Source of the DNA: Octopus sinensis
Taxonomy: Eukaryota
Direction: 5' to 3'
NCBI RefSeq assembly: GCF_006345805.1
Contig: NC_043021.1
Coordinates: forward strand, 18,848,001 to 18,912,000
DNA: 64,000 nucleotides
In this document: in pieces, positions 23,405-35,639 of the stretch
Layout: every line of letters starts with the position of its first letter
Position numbering within the stretch: position 1 is the stretch's first letter
The notes under the pieces: generated by a model
Told to the model about the DNA's origin: nothing
Database searches by the model: none
Seen by the model: only the letters and a program-made list of their open reading frames with translations
Translations under genes and position numbers: made by a program

Positions 23405-23674
23405 TCATTCCTTCATTGTTCGACTGTGGTCGAGACAATGGAATTTACTATGTTATGCCAGACTTTACGGTCCATCATAGCATTACGGAGGTCCTGCTGC
23501 TGGATGCCTGTATCCCTGGAGATTACATCAGGGCAGGAGAGTGTGCGCCCTCTGGTATCCCGAGCAGATGGCTTCCAGAGAGAAGAGTAGAATTACCCTC
23601 GTTTTTCAGCTCTACAACAATGTCCAGCAAAACTGGACTTTCCTACCTATCACAAGAGATGATATGTATGTATG

Positions 23675-23707
<33 letters not shown>

Positions 23708-24207
23708 TATATATATCATCATCATCATAGTAATTGTTCGACCATAGTTGAGACAATGGAGTTTACTATGTTATGCCAGACTTCACGGTCCATCATAGCA
23801 TTACGGAGGTCCTGTTGCTGGATGCCTGAATCCCTGGAGATTATATCAGGGTAGGAGAGTGTGCGCCCTCTGGTATCGCGAGCAGATGGCTTCCAGAGGA
23901 GAAGAGTAGAAATTACCTCGTTTTCAGCTCTACAACAATGTCCAGCAAACTGGACTCTTCTACCTTTCACAAGAGATGACACAGGTGGTAATTTCCCATA
24001 TATTTGTGCTTTGGTTGGATGACGCTTCCACGAGATATTTTGAGCTCTCATAAGGAGGCGAGTGTAAGTTCCATCCAACCGCCTCTCAAGCTTCTTTGAT
24101 AACGTCCAGGTTTCTGAGCCATATAGTAGAATTGGTTCGACCTGTGGCTTTGAAGATTTTAAGTTTGAAATCTCTACTTAAATTTGATGACCAGATCTTA
24201 TGCATAT
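23405..24207 (-). mobile_element. Two adjacent RTE-clade LINE 3' fragments (23405-23645 and 23733-24207)
   Basis: MHKIWSSNLSRDFKLKIFKAT/EPILLYGSETWTLSKKLERRLDGTYTRLLMRAQNISW...RRVQFAGHCCR...DREVW; second shorter copy of the same 3' end; third fragment at 34455-34618 (+). Confidence 0.85.
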
Positions 24208-24425
24208 CAAGTCTTCTAATTGATTTTGGTCATGAGATGTCCAATTGCTGTGATTATTCTCAGCTTGTAGAATCTCCATCGATTAATAAAATGCACAGAC
24301 ATGGTCGTGCAGCTAAGAAGGATGATTCCTGACCATGTGATCTTGGGTTCAGTCCTGCTATGTGGCACCTTTGGGCAGATGCCCAAAGCCTTGTGAGTAC
24401 ATGTGTGCATATGTATATATGTGTT

Positions 24426-24463
<38 letters not shown>

Positions 24464-25129
24464 ATGGTGTGTGTGTGTGCCCTAGTCTAGATATCACATG
24501 TTGGTTTGTAAATGAGCATCATCATCATCATACAAGTAATGTTGTTTGTTTCCAGTCTTCCCTGGAAAAGTATGTCTGGGCTATGGAGATATATAACCCT
24601 GCTTGGAAACAATGTGAGGGTTGGCAACATGAAGGGGTATCTCCAGGCATGGAAAAAAAATCTGCCCTGAGAAACTCCTTCCGGCCTATGCAAGCATGGA
24701 AAAGCGGAAATTAAATGATGATTGATATGAGAATGACTTTGGCTGAAAAGTCCTGCAGAACTGAGATGCAAACTGGAGCCCCTAATTTCAGAATTATCCT
24801 TGAAACAGAACTGGTAGGACAAAAGAGAAAATAATATGGTATGTTAGGAATCGGTAAGTCAATTATCTTTGCTGTCGGTTAGTAGAAAATATGTAATATA
24901 ACCGAATGAACTGAAAATCAAATACACATAATGTGTTTTATGGGTGGGTGGGTGTCACCCTGGTCGTAATTATGTTTCTGGGTTAACAACTGTGCCTTTT
25001 TGTAGCCTTTGCACAGAAAACACATTTTTGAAGTATTTGATGAATATTTCCAATTGTTTGGGCATATGTATGCATGTATGTTCGTTCGTACATATGTATG
25101 TGGATCTATGTATATACGTGTGTATATAT

Positions 25130-25543
25130 ATTACTCTTTACTCTTTTTTACTCTTTTACTTGTTTCAGTCATTTGACTGCGGCCATGCTGGAGCACCGCC
25201 TTTAGTCGACCCCGGGACTTATTCTTTGTAAGCCCAGTACTTATTTTATCGGTCTCTTTTGCCGAACCGCTAAGTGAAGGGGGACATAACATAAACACCA
25301 GCATCGGTTGTCAAGCAATGCTAGGGGGACAAACACAGAACACACAAACATTACACACAGTTTATATATATATATATACACATATATACGACAGGCTTCT
25401 TTCAGTTCCGTCTACCAAATCCACAAGGCATTGGTCGGCCCGGGGCTATAGCAGAAGACACTTGCCCAAATGCCACGCAGTGGGACTGAACCCGGAACCA
25501 TGTGGTTGGTTAGCAAGCTACTTACCACACAGCCACTCCTGCG

Positions 25544-25546
<3 letters not shown>
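25130..25546 (-). mobile_element. SINE family A
   Basis: Reverse complement of 998-1394. Confidence 0.9.
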
Positions 25547-25591
<45 letters not shown>

Positions 25592-25876
25592 GGCTTGGTG
25601 ATGCAAGCAGGAAGAAATTAAACTCTAAGCATAAGTGTATATAGTTTTATCATTATGACCTCAAGTGCCAAACTAATGCATGAAATTCTTGTCCCTTGAG
25701 TCACTCTGTTGCTTCTGCTAAATACTAATACATGTATGTATGTATACACACACACACAGATATATATCTCCCTCTAGCGTCTGACCACTGCCCAAAGTCA
25801 GGACGCCATGATAGATCGTTAGCTCCTACACGCATTTTATTCTCTCCTTGTTTCTGTCCTTGTTTTTTTCTGTGTA

Positions 25877-25914
25877 TCTTTCTGTCGAAGAGCGTAGGCT
25901 CAAAACGTAAAAGA
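25877..25914 (+). ncRNA. Minimal hammerhead motif (A6U plus G12A) in a Penelope-like fragment (25765-26016)
   Basis: TCTTT-CTGTCGA-A-GAGC gtag GCTC-AAAA-CG-TA-AAAGA; same family as 3254-3291. Confidence 0.6.
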
Positions 25915-26033
25915 CTTGTTCTATTTCTATTCCTGAGTGCCATACTAATACATTTGTATGTTTGTACTTCACCTGCCTTCGCCTTTTTTTTTTTATTTTC
26001 GTAAACCTTCCCGTTATATATTTATATATATAT

Positions 26034-26330
26034 GTGGAGGCCCAGTGGTTAGGGCAGCGGACTCGCGGTTGTAGGATGGCAGTTTCGATTCCCAGACTGG
26101 GCGTTGTGAGTGTTTATTGAGCGAAAACACCTAAAGCTCCATGAGGCTCTGGCAGGGGGTGGTGGCGATCCCTGCTGTACTCTTTCGCCACATCTTTCTC
26201 TCACTCTTTCTTCTGTTGGCTTGCTCGCTTAGCCAGCGGGGTGGCGTCATTTGAAGGCTAAAACAATTCGAAGCGCATTGTGACCAGCGATGTGTAGCAA
26301 CATCTGATAGCCTGGTCGGTCACGGTGATA
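26034..26330 (+). mobile_element. SINE family B
   Basis: Similarity to 9370-9680. Confidence 0.85.
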
Positions 26331-26743
26331 TATATATATATATATCTTATCTTATCTCTTACTTGTTTCAGTCATTAGACTGTAGCCATACTGGGGCACC
26401 ACCTTAGAAAGTTTTAGTCAAAGGAACTGGCCCCAGTACTTTTTTTTATAAGCCTAGTACTTATTCTATTGGTCTTGCTCTTGCTGAACTGATAAGTTAC
26501 GGGGATGTAAACACTCCAACACTGGTTGTCAAGTGGGGGTGGGGCACAAACACAGATACACACATATCTTTAATAATAAGCGTAAAATTCTGTGTGTCTG
26601 TCCGTCAGTCCGGGACCCTTGTGTCTCAGTCTACGTTTGCTCTACATAGACGTATTATACCATTTTGGAATCAGGACGATCCTGAGAATGAAAATCTGCC
26701 CTTCATTTGGTCCTTGAACATCCAGCATTGTATTTATATATAT

Positions 26744-26975
26744 ATTTCTTTACTGCCCACAAGGGGCTGAACATAGAGGGGGACAAACAAGGACAGACAG
26801 AGGGATTAAGTCGATTACATCGACCCCAGTGCGAAACTGGTACTTTATTTATCGACCCCAAAAGGATGAAAGGCAAAGTCGACCGTGGCGGAATTTGAAC
26901 TCAGAATGTAACGACAGACGAAATACCACTAAGCATTTCGCCCGGTGCGCTAACGTTTCTGCCAGCTCGCTGCCT
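26744..26975 (-). mobile_element. SINE family C
   Basis: Reverse complement of 6710-6943. Confidence 0.85.
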
Positions 26976-27685
26976 TAAATGATGATACTGTATTTATATA
27001 TATGATAGGAATTCTTTCAGTTCCCATCTACCAAGTCCACTCATAAGGCTTTGGTTGCCCCAAAGCTATAGTAGAAGGCACTTACCCAAGGCACTGCAGG
27101 ACTGAACCTAGAACCTTGTGGTTGGGAATCTTGAAAATTTGAGAGGTTTTTGTTGTATTCCGCTGTATCTCATAGATGTTCTGCTTCATGAATACCTGTC
27201 TGTGTGATGTTACAATGTAATAAAATCTCTTAACCCTTTCAATACCAACCCAGCTGAAACTGGCCCTGGCTCTGAGTACAAAATGTCTTGATTTCATAAA
27301 ATTTGAATTAAAATCTTCCACCAAACCTTAGTCACAATTTATGTTCCTAACACTAGCTTAATGATAAATAAGGTATTTCACTAAATTCTTTGTTATATTT
27401 AAAGTAATTGAAAGAAACACAGAGCATCTCAACAGAAATACAGTAACGAAAGGGTTAATGAAAGAATTGTAGCGATAACGAATCCATTCATTTGTTCTTA
27501 TTGTTATTTCACACCAAACTGGTGATTTCTTCAGCTTTGGATACTCTTGGAGTTGCAGATTACCAAGCACCATTGAATGGCCTACCTGTAGGATTTGTGT
27601 TTTACTGTGTAGCCATTAATATTGTGTGCTTCACTTTGATATGCCCTGATCTCGTCTGACCCTCTTTAATTAGCACACACACATA

Positions 27686-28097
27686 TACGAGGTTTGATCA
27701 ATAAGTATCTGGACTGTTGCCATAGTGATGAAACTAAAGCATGCAGAGTGAAGCCACTTGGCAAAGATTGACCTTGAACTTTGTTGTCTATGTGCACTAA
27801 GTTTTAAAGTTCTAGCTCACTTCTACTGTTTATAGCAGTGCTTTGAAGGAAGGTGTGTAGCTGCCAAACTTCTGTGAAAACTGCTTTCAGCTGATCAAAA
27901 AGACACTTGAGTTTCAGTTGCACAAGATCTATCTCCTTGATTGTGTTGAGAACAATGAAAACATTTTGAAAACTTTGTGTAGGCCTCTGAGCAGGTATCG
28001 CCGAGCTTTTGGCAAAATTTGATGCAGATTCTCTGCTCTACTTCCTCTGTCCTGGTCAATGCAATGATCATACGCTACACACCTTCCTTCCAAGCAT
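27686..28097 (-). mobile_element. Non-autonomous mariner-like element with long inverted ends, one end truncated
   Basis: TACGAGGTTTGATCAATAAGTATCTGGACT terminus; GAAGGAAGGTGTGTAGC inverted as GCTACACACCTTCCTTC; minus strand encodes EEVEQRICIKFCQKLGDTCSEAY (mariner N-terminus-like). Confidence 0.7.
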
Positions 28098-28140
28098 GTA
28101 TATATATGTATATGTATGTGTGTGTGTTGTATTATTATGT

Positions 28141-28175
<35 letters not shown>

Positions 28176-28181
28176 TATAAT

Positions 28182-28580
28182 AGGTGCAGGAGTGCTGTGT
28201 TGATAGTAGCTTGCTAACCAACCACATGGTTCTGGGTTCAGTCCCACTGCGTGGCATCTTGGGCAAGTGTCTTCTTGCTATAGCCCCGGGCCAACCAATG
28301 CCTTGTGAGTGGATTTGGTAGACGGAAACTGAAGAAGCCTGTCGTATATATGTATATGTATGTGTGTGTTTGTGTGTCTGTGTTTGTCCCCCTAGCATTG
28401 CTTGACAACCGATGCTGGTGTGTTTACATCCCCATCACTTAGCAGCTCAGCAAAAGAGACCGATAGAATAAGTACTGGGCTTAGAAAAGAATAAGTCTCG
28501 GGGTCAATTTGCTCGACTAAAGGCGGTGCTCCAGCATCGCTGCAGTCAAATGACTGAAACAAGTAAAAGAGTAAAGAGTA
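28182..28580 (+). mobile_element. SINE family A
   Basis: Similarity to 998-1394. Confidence 0.9.
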
Positions 28581-28902
28581 AATATATATATACACACACA
28601 CAATAGTGTGTATGTATATCATCATTATCATCATCATTATCAATTAACATCCATATTTTCATGCTGGCAATGGTTGGATTGTTTAATTAGAACAAATGAG
28701 CCAGAGGTTTCACCAGGTTCTTCGTCTACCTTGGCATGGTTTCTAGAGCCGAATGCCCTTCCTAATGCTAACCACTTAGCAAAGTGTACTGGGTGCTTTT
28801 TATGTGGCACCAGCTCCAGTGAGGTCACAAATACCTGCGAGATAAGACACCCAAGTTGGGTATAGACTGGAGAAAAAATACTGTGATAGAAGGAGATTAC
28901 AG

Positions 28903-29098
28903 GTAAGTTCACCGCTATCAATTCAACATGAGGAAAGTTCACTGTGAGCTAAGTTCACCTTGAGGAAAATTTGCCGAGAAAATATTTCTATAGTATATCA
29001 CAATTAATGCTTAAAAACATTTTCAATGAGAGAAAAAAAAAAGTGTAATTGATGACCATGAACTTTTCCTGTGGTGAATTGATGAAGGTGAACTTACT
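28903..29098. mobile_element. Old ~200-bp MITE-like element
   Basis: Imperfect ~40-bp TIRs GTAAGTTCACC...GGAAAGTTCA / TGAACTTTTCC...GGTGAACTTAC. Confidence 0.5.
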
Positions 29099-29610
29099 GG
29101 ACATGGGTTTGCCCACCTTGTAAATGAGTGAGAAAGAGAGAAGTAAGAAAGATCAGGTTTAGGTACAACGTGAATATGAGACAAAATCAGAAGTGCACTG
29201 AGTGAAAATAGTATGACAGATGATTAGCGATAAGGAATGAGCTGAACTCAGAGGATATCAGTTCAGAGTAACAGGAAGTGAAGAAAATATATGTATAGTG
29301 AGGTCGTTGCCAGTGCCGTTGGACTGGCTCCTGTGCAGGTGGCACGTAAAAATCACCATTTGAGTGTGGCAGTTGTCAGTACCACCTGACTGGCCCTCGT
29401 GCCGGTGGCATGTAAAAGCACCCACTACACTCTCGGAGTGGTTGGCGTTAGGAAGGGCATCCAGCTGTAGAAACTCTGCCAGATCAAGATTGGAGACTGG
29501 TGCAGCCATCTGGTTCGCCAGTCCTCAATTAAATCGTCCAACCCATGCTAGCATGGAAAGCAGACGTTAAACGATGATGATGATGATGATATATATATCT
29601 ATCTATTTAT

Positions 29611-29808
29611 CTATCCGCTCAGTCGAAGTCGACTCTCGGTTACTCGTTGGATCAGTGTCCTCCAGTCAGTTCTATCCTGGGCCGCTTCTTTCAGATTGGC
29701 TATGTCCATGCTGGTATCACTCTTGATGGTGTCAAGCCAGCGGGTTCTTGGTCGGCCTCTTCCTCTCTTGCCACTGACCATTCCAAGCATGATGTCCTTC
29801 TCCAGGGA
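29611..29808 (-). mobile_element. RTE/BovB-like LINE 3' terminus, 65 uninterrupted codons plus stop
   Basis: SLEKDIMLGMVSGKRGRGRPRTRWLDTIKSDTSMDIANLKEAAQDRTDWRTLIQRVTESRLRLSG*, followed by a (GATA)n-like tail. Confidence 0.85.
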
Positions 29809-29974
29809 TATATATATGATATATATATATAATAATAATAATAATATGAGGGAATATTATTCCAAACTTACCAGGAAAGATTCAATTTAGAAATACTAAA
29901 TCGAATTTCACGAAATATAATATATATTTATATATATAAATTAGAAAAAAACACCTTTTATCAATTCAATAATA

Positions 29975-30074
29975 NNNNNNNNNNNNNNNNNNNNNNNNNN
30001 NNNNNNNNNNNNNNNNNNNNNNNNNNNNNNNNNNNNNNNNNNNNNNNNNNNNNNNNNNNNNNNNNNNNNNNNNN
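29975..30074. other. Assembly gap (100 N)
   Basis: Run of N. Confidence 1.
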
Positions 30075-30252
30075 CTAGTTTTACTCCGCTTTTGTTACAT
30101 TGTTTCTCCCATATCTATTTTATTCTCTCCTTTTATCTTCCTGCATATATTTTGTTTCAACTTTTCATCTATCCATCTGGTCTATCCATCTGTCCATCTA
30201 GTATAACTCTCTGTCTATCTTTCTATCTATCTTTCTATCTATCTATCTATCT

Positions 30253-30304
<52 letters not shown>

Positions 30305-30327
30305 CTATCTATATATATATATATATA

Positions 30328-30737
30328 TAGGCGCAGGAGTGGCTGTGTGGTAAGTAGCTTGCTAACCAACCACATGGTTCCGGGTTTCAGTCAGTCCCAC
30401 TGCGTGGCATCTTTGGCAATGTCTTCTGCTATAGCCCCGGGCCGACCAATGCTTGTGAGTGGATTTGGTAGACGGAAACTGAAAGAAGCCTGTCGTATAT
30501 ATGTATATATATATATATACGTGTATGTGTGTGTGTGTGTTTATTCCCCTAGCATTGCTTGACAACCGATGCTGGTGCGTTTACGTCCCTGTCACTTAGC
30601 GGTTCGGCAAAAGAGACCGATAACATAAGTACTGGACTTAAAAAGAATAAGTCCTGGGGTCGATTTGCTCGACTAAAGGCGGTGCTCCAGCATGGCCACA
30701 GTCAAATGACTGAAACAAGTAAAAGAGTAAAAAAGAG
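30328..30737 (+). mobile_element. SINE family A
   Basis: Similarity to 998-1394. Confidence 0.9.
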
Positions 30738-30949
30738 TATATATATCCATCCATCCATCCATCTATTTCTCCTTTATTATCTCTACTCATCTTACTGTCG
30801 AAACTATCAATGCCTAGCTGTAATATTTACCCATCTGTCTTTGCATCCAGCTATCTATACATAAAGCTATTCAGGTGTACATCTATCCGACTATCTATCT
30901 ACCTGTCTGTCTGTCTATTTGTCTGTCTATCTCTCTGCCTGTCTACTTG

Positions 30950-32070
30950 TCTGGCCATCTATCCATCTGTCTGTCTATCTATCTATCTATATCTATCATA
31001 TATCTATCCATCCATCCATGCCTCCACTCTTCTATCCATCCATCCATCCATCCATGCCTCCACCTTTCTATCTATCCATCCATCCATCCATGCCTCCACC
31101 CTTCTATCCATCCATCTATCCATGCCTCCACCCTTCTATCCCTCCATCCATCCATGCCTCCACCCTTCTATCCATCCATCCATGCCTCCACCTTTCTATC
31201 CATCCATCCATCCACCCTTCTATCCATCCATCCATCCATCCATCCACCCTTCTATCCATCCATGCCTCCACCCTTCTATCCATCCATCCATCCATGCCTC
31301 CACCCTTCCATCCATCCATCCATGCCTCCACCCTTCTATCCATCCATCCATCCATCAATCCATCCATCCATCCATGCCTCCACCTTCTATCAATCATCCA
31401 TGCCTCCACTTTCTAATCCACCATCCATCCACCCTTCTATCTATCCACATCCAAGCCCTCCATCACCCCTTCTCCATCCAGCTCCACCTTTATCCATCCA
31501 TCCATGCCTCCACCCCTCTATCCACACCACCCTCTATCCATCCATGCCTCCACCCTCTATCCACCATCCTATCCACATCCATCCATCCATGCCTCCACCC
31601 TTCTATCCATCCATCCATCCATGCCTCCACCCTTCTATCCATCCATCCATCCATCCATGCCTCCACCCTTCTATCCATCCATCCATCCATGCCTCCACCT
31701 TCTATCCATCCATCCATCCACCCTTCTATCCATCCATCCATCCACCCCTCATCCATCCATGCCTCCACCCTTCATCCATCAATCCATGCTCCACCCCTCT
31801 ATCCATCCATGCCTCCACCCTTCTATCCATCCACCCCTCTATCCATCCATGCCTCCATCCATCCATCCATCCATCCATGCCTCCACCCTTCTATCCATCC
31901 ATCCATCCATGCCTCACCCTTCTATCCATCCATCCATCCATCCATCCATCCATGCCTCCACCCTTCTATCCATCCATCCATCCATCCATCCATGCCTCCA
32001 CCCTTCTATCCATCCATGCCTCCACCCTTCCATCCATCCATCCATCCATCCATCCATCCATCCATCCACC
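30950..32070. repeat. (CCAT)n-based minisatellite with core CCATGCCTCCACCCTTCTAT
   Basis: Direct inspection; explains ORFs 30810-32314. Confidence 0.95.
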
Positions 32071-32559
32071 CATCTCACCATCCCTTAATCATACGCTCTT
32101 AAAACTCTGTATTGCATTCTTCACCTCTCAATTTCTTTATTTCATACCAATGAGAGATGTGTGCATTCTTTTATGCATGTGTGTGTGTGCGTGTACGTGT
32201 AGTCGCAAGCATGGTTGTGTGGTTAAAAAGTTTGCTTCCCAACCACATGGGTCCGGGTTCAGTCCCGCTGCATGGCACCTTGGTCAAATGTCTTCTACAA
32301 CAGTCCTGGACTGATTGAAACCTGTAAGTGAATTTGGGAAACAGAAACTGAAAGAAACTTGCCATGTGTGTGTGTTTGTTTGTTTACATCTGTGCTACCT
32401 CAGACAAAAGTTACGACATGAAGTTGTGTTGTTATTTGCACTTTTGTCAATAAACAGCCCATTCACATCATGCTTTTGAAGGCCCTTGAATTGAGAAACC
32501 CCTTACTTGAAAACAGGTAAGGGTTAGCATCAGGAAGAGCATCCACCTCTATCACTATA

Positions 32560-32912
32560 TGTCTCTCACTCTTCTCCAACACTTTTACTTTTACGTGGTC
32601 CTTTGCTATTCGTAAGACCCGCAGAAGAGAAAGCAGGTCAATCCCCGACACCGAGAGCATCGACGGATGGATGAATGTGCATCCAGGCTCAGCGGTTGCG
32701 TAGGAAGTCGGGGACAAGAAACAGGAAGAAAGAGTGAGAGAAAGTTGGAGTGAAAGAGTACAACAGGGGTCTCCACCACCCCCTGCCGGAGCCTTGTGGA
32801 GCTTTAGATGTTTTTTGCTCAATAAACACACACAACGCCCGGTCTGGGAATCGAAACCGCGATCCTATGACCGCGAGTCCGCTGCCCTAACCACTAGGCC
32901 ATTGCGCCTCCA
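32560..32912 (-). mobile_element. SINE family B, longer 3' variant
   Basis: Head is the reverse complement of 9370; 3' part differs. Confidence 0.7.
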
Positions 32913-33231
32913 CTGTTAATGCTGTTCATACAAACATCATACAATCTGCCTTTCATCCTGAAAGAGGGAGGGAGAGAGAGGAAGAGACCTTTTGTTGCCA
33001 GCAGAGGTAATAGCTCTCTGGACTTTCTCCAACCTATTCTTATTCTAGCAACTATGCTTTCAGAACATCCTCCTCCACTGCTAATTTGGTCACCTAGGTA
33101 ACAGAAACTACTTACTGCCTCTAGGGATCCTCTTGGGCTTGTAAGAAAAATCTATTTCCCATGTGTTCTTCATATTTTTACCCCTGTACATCTTCCACAT
33201 AGAATGACTACTTTCTCTATTACCCTTTCTT

Positions 33232-33650
33232 ATTTCTTTACTGCCCACAAGGGGCTACACACAGAGAGGACAAACAAGGACAGACAAACGAATGAAGTCG
33301 ATTACATCAACCCCAGTGCATAACTGGTACTTAATTTATCGACCCCGAAAGGACGAAAGGCAAAGTCGACCTCGGCGGAATTTGAACACAGAATGTAGCA
33401 GCAGACAAAATACCTCTTTTTTTTACTACCCACAAGGGACTAAACACAGAGAGGACAAACAAGGACAGACAAATGGATTAAGTCGATTATATTGACCCCA
33501 GTGCGTAACTGGTACTCATTTAATCGACTCCGAAAGGATGAAAGGCAAAGTCAACCTCGGCGGAATTTGAACACAGAATGTAGCAGCAGACGAAATACCA
33601 CTAAGCATTTTGCCCAGCGTGCTAACGATTCTGCCAGCTTGCCGCCTTCT
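33232..33650 (-). mobile_element. SINE family C with tandemly repeated 3' body
   Basis: One head plus two body units. Confidence 0.8.
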
Positions 33651-33659
33651 CTATTACCC

Positions 33660-34120
33660 TTTCTGTTATTCAACTGCACTCTTGTGTGTCCATAGCTTTG
33701 CACTGGTTACCTTATGGAATTTCTGCCTACACTCTTCTTACATATCAAGCAGGGCCATTTACCTGATGGGTGAAGAGTCTTTTTTCTTTCTTTTGCATAC
33801 TACAGCATTCGTTTTTGCTAGGTTAACCACAAGGCTTTTTGATTTCAGGTTTTACTTCCATACCTGGAATTTCTTTTCCAATTCTTCTACAAATTCTGCT
33901 GTAAGAACAAGGTCATCAGTTTATAGTATTTCCCAAGGGCATCCAGTCTTAAATTTTCCTCTTATAGCCTGGAATACTATGATGAACAAACAGCAGGGGA
34001 CTAAGTACTGTGCAGTGGTGAACTCCTACCTGTACAGGAAATTCATTGCTGCACTAGTGGCTTATTCCCCACCTTACTGACAATACATGGGTTTAATGTT
34101 TCTAACAAGCCATTTGTCTA
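33660..34120 (-). mobile_element. Degenerate RTE-clade reverse transcriptase fragment
   Basis: With stops and frameshifts: VQVGVHHCTVLSPLLF...GCPWEIL*TDDLVLTAE...VNLAKT...GKWPCLICKKSVGRNSI. Confidence 0.75.
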
Positions 34121-34143
34121 CTCCTATTCACAAGCCATTCGTT

Positions 34144-34193
<50 letters not shown>

Positions 34194-34292
34194 ATACCAT
34201 GTACGCCTATGAGGATTTACTTTCCCAATGAAACTCGGTTTTTTCTCAAACCTGTTATAATGTGATACAAGTCTTTGGTGTGGCAATTGTAC

Positions 34293-34385
34293 GCGGCTGA
34301 AGAAAGCTTTTGATCTATCTGTTAAATCAATTATGCATTGATATAAGAATAAGTTGTTCAATAAAGCCTGAAACATATGTACCGC
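34293..34385 (+). ncRNA. Type I hammerhead with canonical core and long stem II, in a Penelope-like end (~34195-34425)
   Basis: GCGG-CTGAAGA-[AAGCTTTTGA...TCAATAAAGCCT]-GAAA-CATATG-TA-CCGC; palindromic ACATATGT stem III. Confidence 0.75.
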
Positions 34386-35019
34386 AAAATCCTTTGTGTC
34401 CTGTTTTTCATTTACTTCATTCGATACATATATATATATATATTATGTGACAATTACTCTTCTCCTCTGAAAGCCATCTGCTTGCGATACCAGAGGGCTC
34501 ACACTCTCCTACCCTGATGTAATCTCCAGGAATACAGGCATCCAGCAACAGGACCTCCCTAATGCTATGATGGACCGTGAGGTCTGGCGTAGAATAGTAA
34601 ATTCCATTGTCTTGACCGCTCTCTCTCCCTCTTGGGGGAAAAAGGTAAGTTGGTAGGGATGGGTCACCAGAGCAAAACCTTCAAGAAGCGAGAGAATTGA
34701 TTGTTTTTACAGAAATCTATTACATCCCATCAGTATTTTCTCAGAGTAGGCAGTTGGTGACCTTTATGCAGTAAAACACAGGCACGCGACTGAGTTGAAG
34801 GCAGATATATTTCTGCCTTTATGGCACGTAAAGAAAACAATGTTGTAGGAAGGCGTAGGAGTGGCTGTGTGGTAAGTAGCTTGCTTACCAACCACATGGT
34901 TCTGGGTTCAGTCCCACTGCATGGCACCTTGGGCAAGTGTCTTCTACTATAGCCTTGGGCTGACCAAAGCCTTGTGAGTAGATTTAGTAGGCAGAAACTG
35001 AAAGAAGCCCATCGTATAT

Positions 35020-35076
<57 letters not shown>

Positions 35077-35197
35077 ATGTTTGTGTGTCTGTGTTTGTGC
35101 CCCCAACATCGCTTGATAACTGATGCTGGTATGATTATGTCTCCGTAATTTAGCAGTTCAGCAAAAGATACCGATAGAATAAGTACTAGGCTTACAA

Positions 35198-35628
35198 CGT
35201 AATTTGAACCCACAACGTAACAGCAGACAAAATACCTATTTCTTTACTACCCACAAGGGGCTAAACACAGAGAGGACAAACGAGGACAGACAAACAGATT
35301 AAGTCGATTATATCGACCCCAGTGCGTAACTGGTACTTATTTACTTGACCCCGAAAGGATGAAAGGCAAAGTCGACCTCGGCGGAATTTGAACTCAGAAC
35401 ATAACAGCAGACGAAATACCTATTTCTTTACTACCCACAAGGGGCTAAACACAGAGAAGACAAACAAGGACAGACAAATGGATTGTGTCGATTATATCGA
35501 CTGCAGTGCGTAACTGAAAGGATGAAAGGCAAAGTTGACCTCAGCGGAATTTGAACTCAGAACATAACAGCAGACGAAATATCGCTAAGCATTTCCTATG
35601 CTAACGATTCTGCCTGCTCACCGCCTTG
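35198..35628 (-). mobile_element. SINE family C with ~184-bp tandem body units
   Basis: One head, two units and the start of a third; junction GAAATAG|GTATTT. Confidence 0.8.
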
Positions 35629-35639
35629 GATGCTTGTTG

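Noticed and set aside
27643-27659. 5S rRNA-like GCCCTGATCTCGTCTGA
   Set aside because: Only ~17 nt; the rest of 5S is absent.
30810-32314. Long His/Pro/Ser ORFs
   Set aside because: Translations of the (CCAT)n minisatellite. The same applies to ORFs at 18050-19033, 54599-55418, 59775-60416 and 60563-62126.
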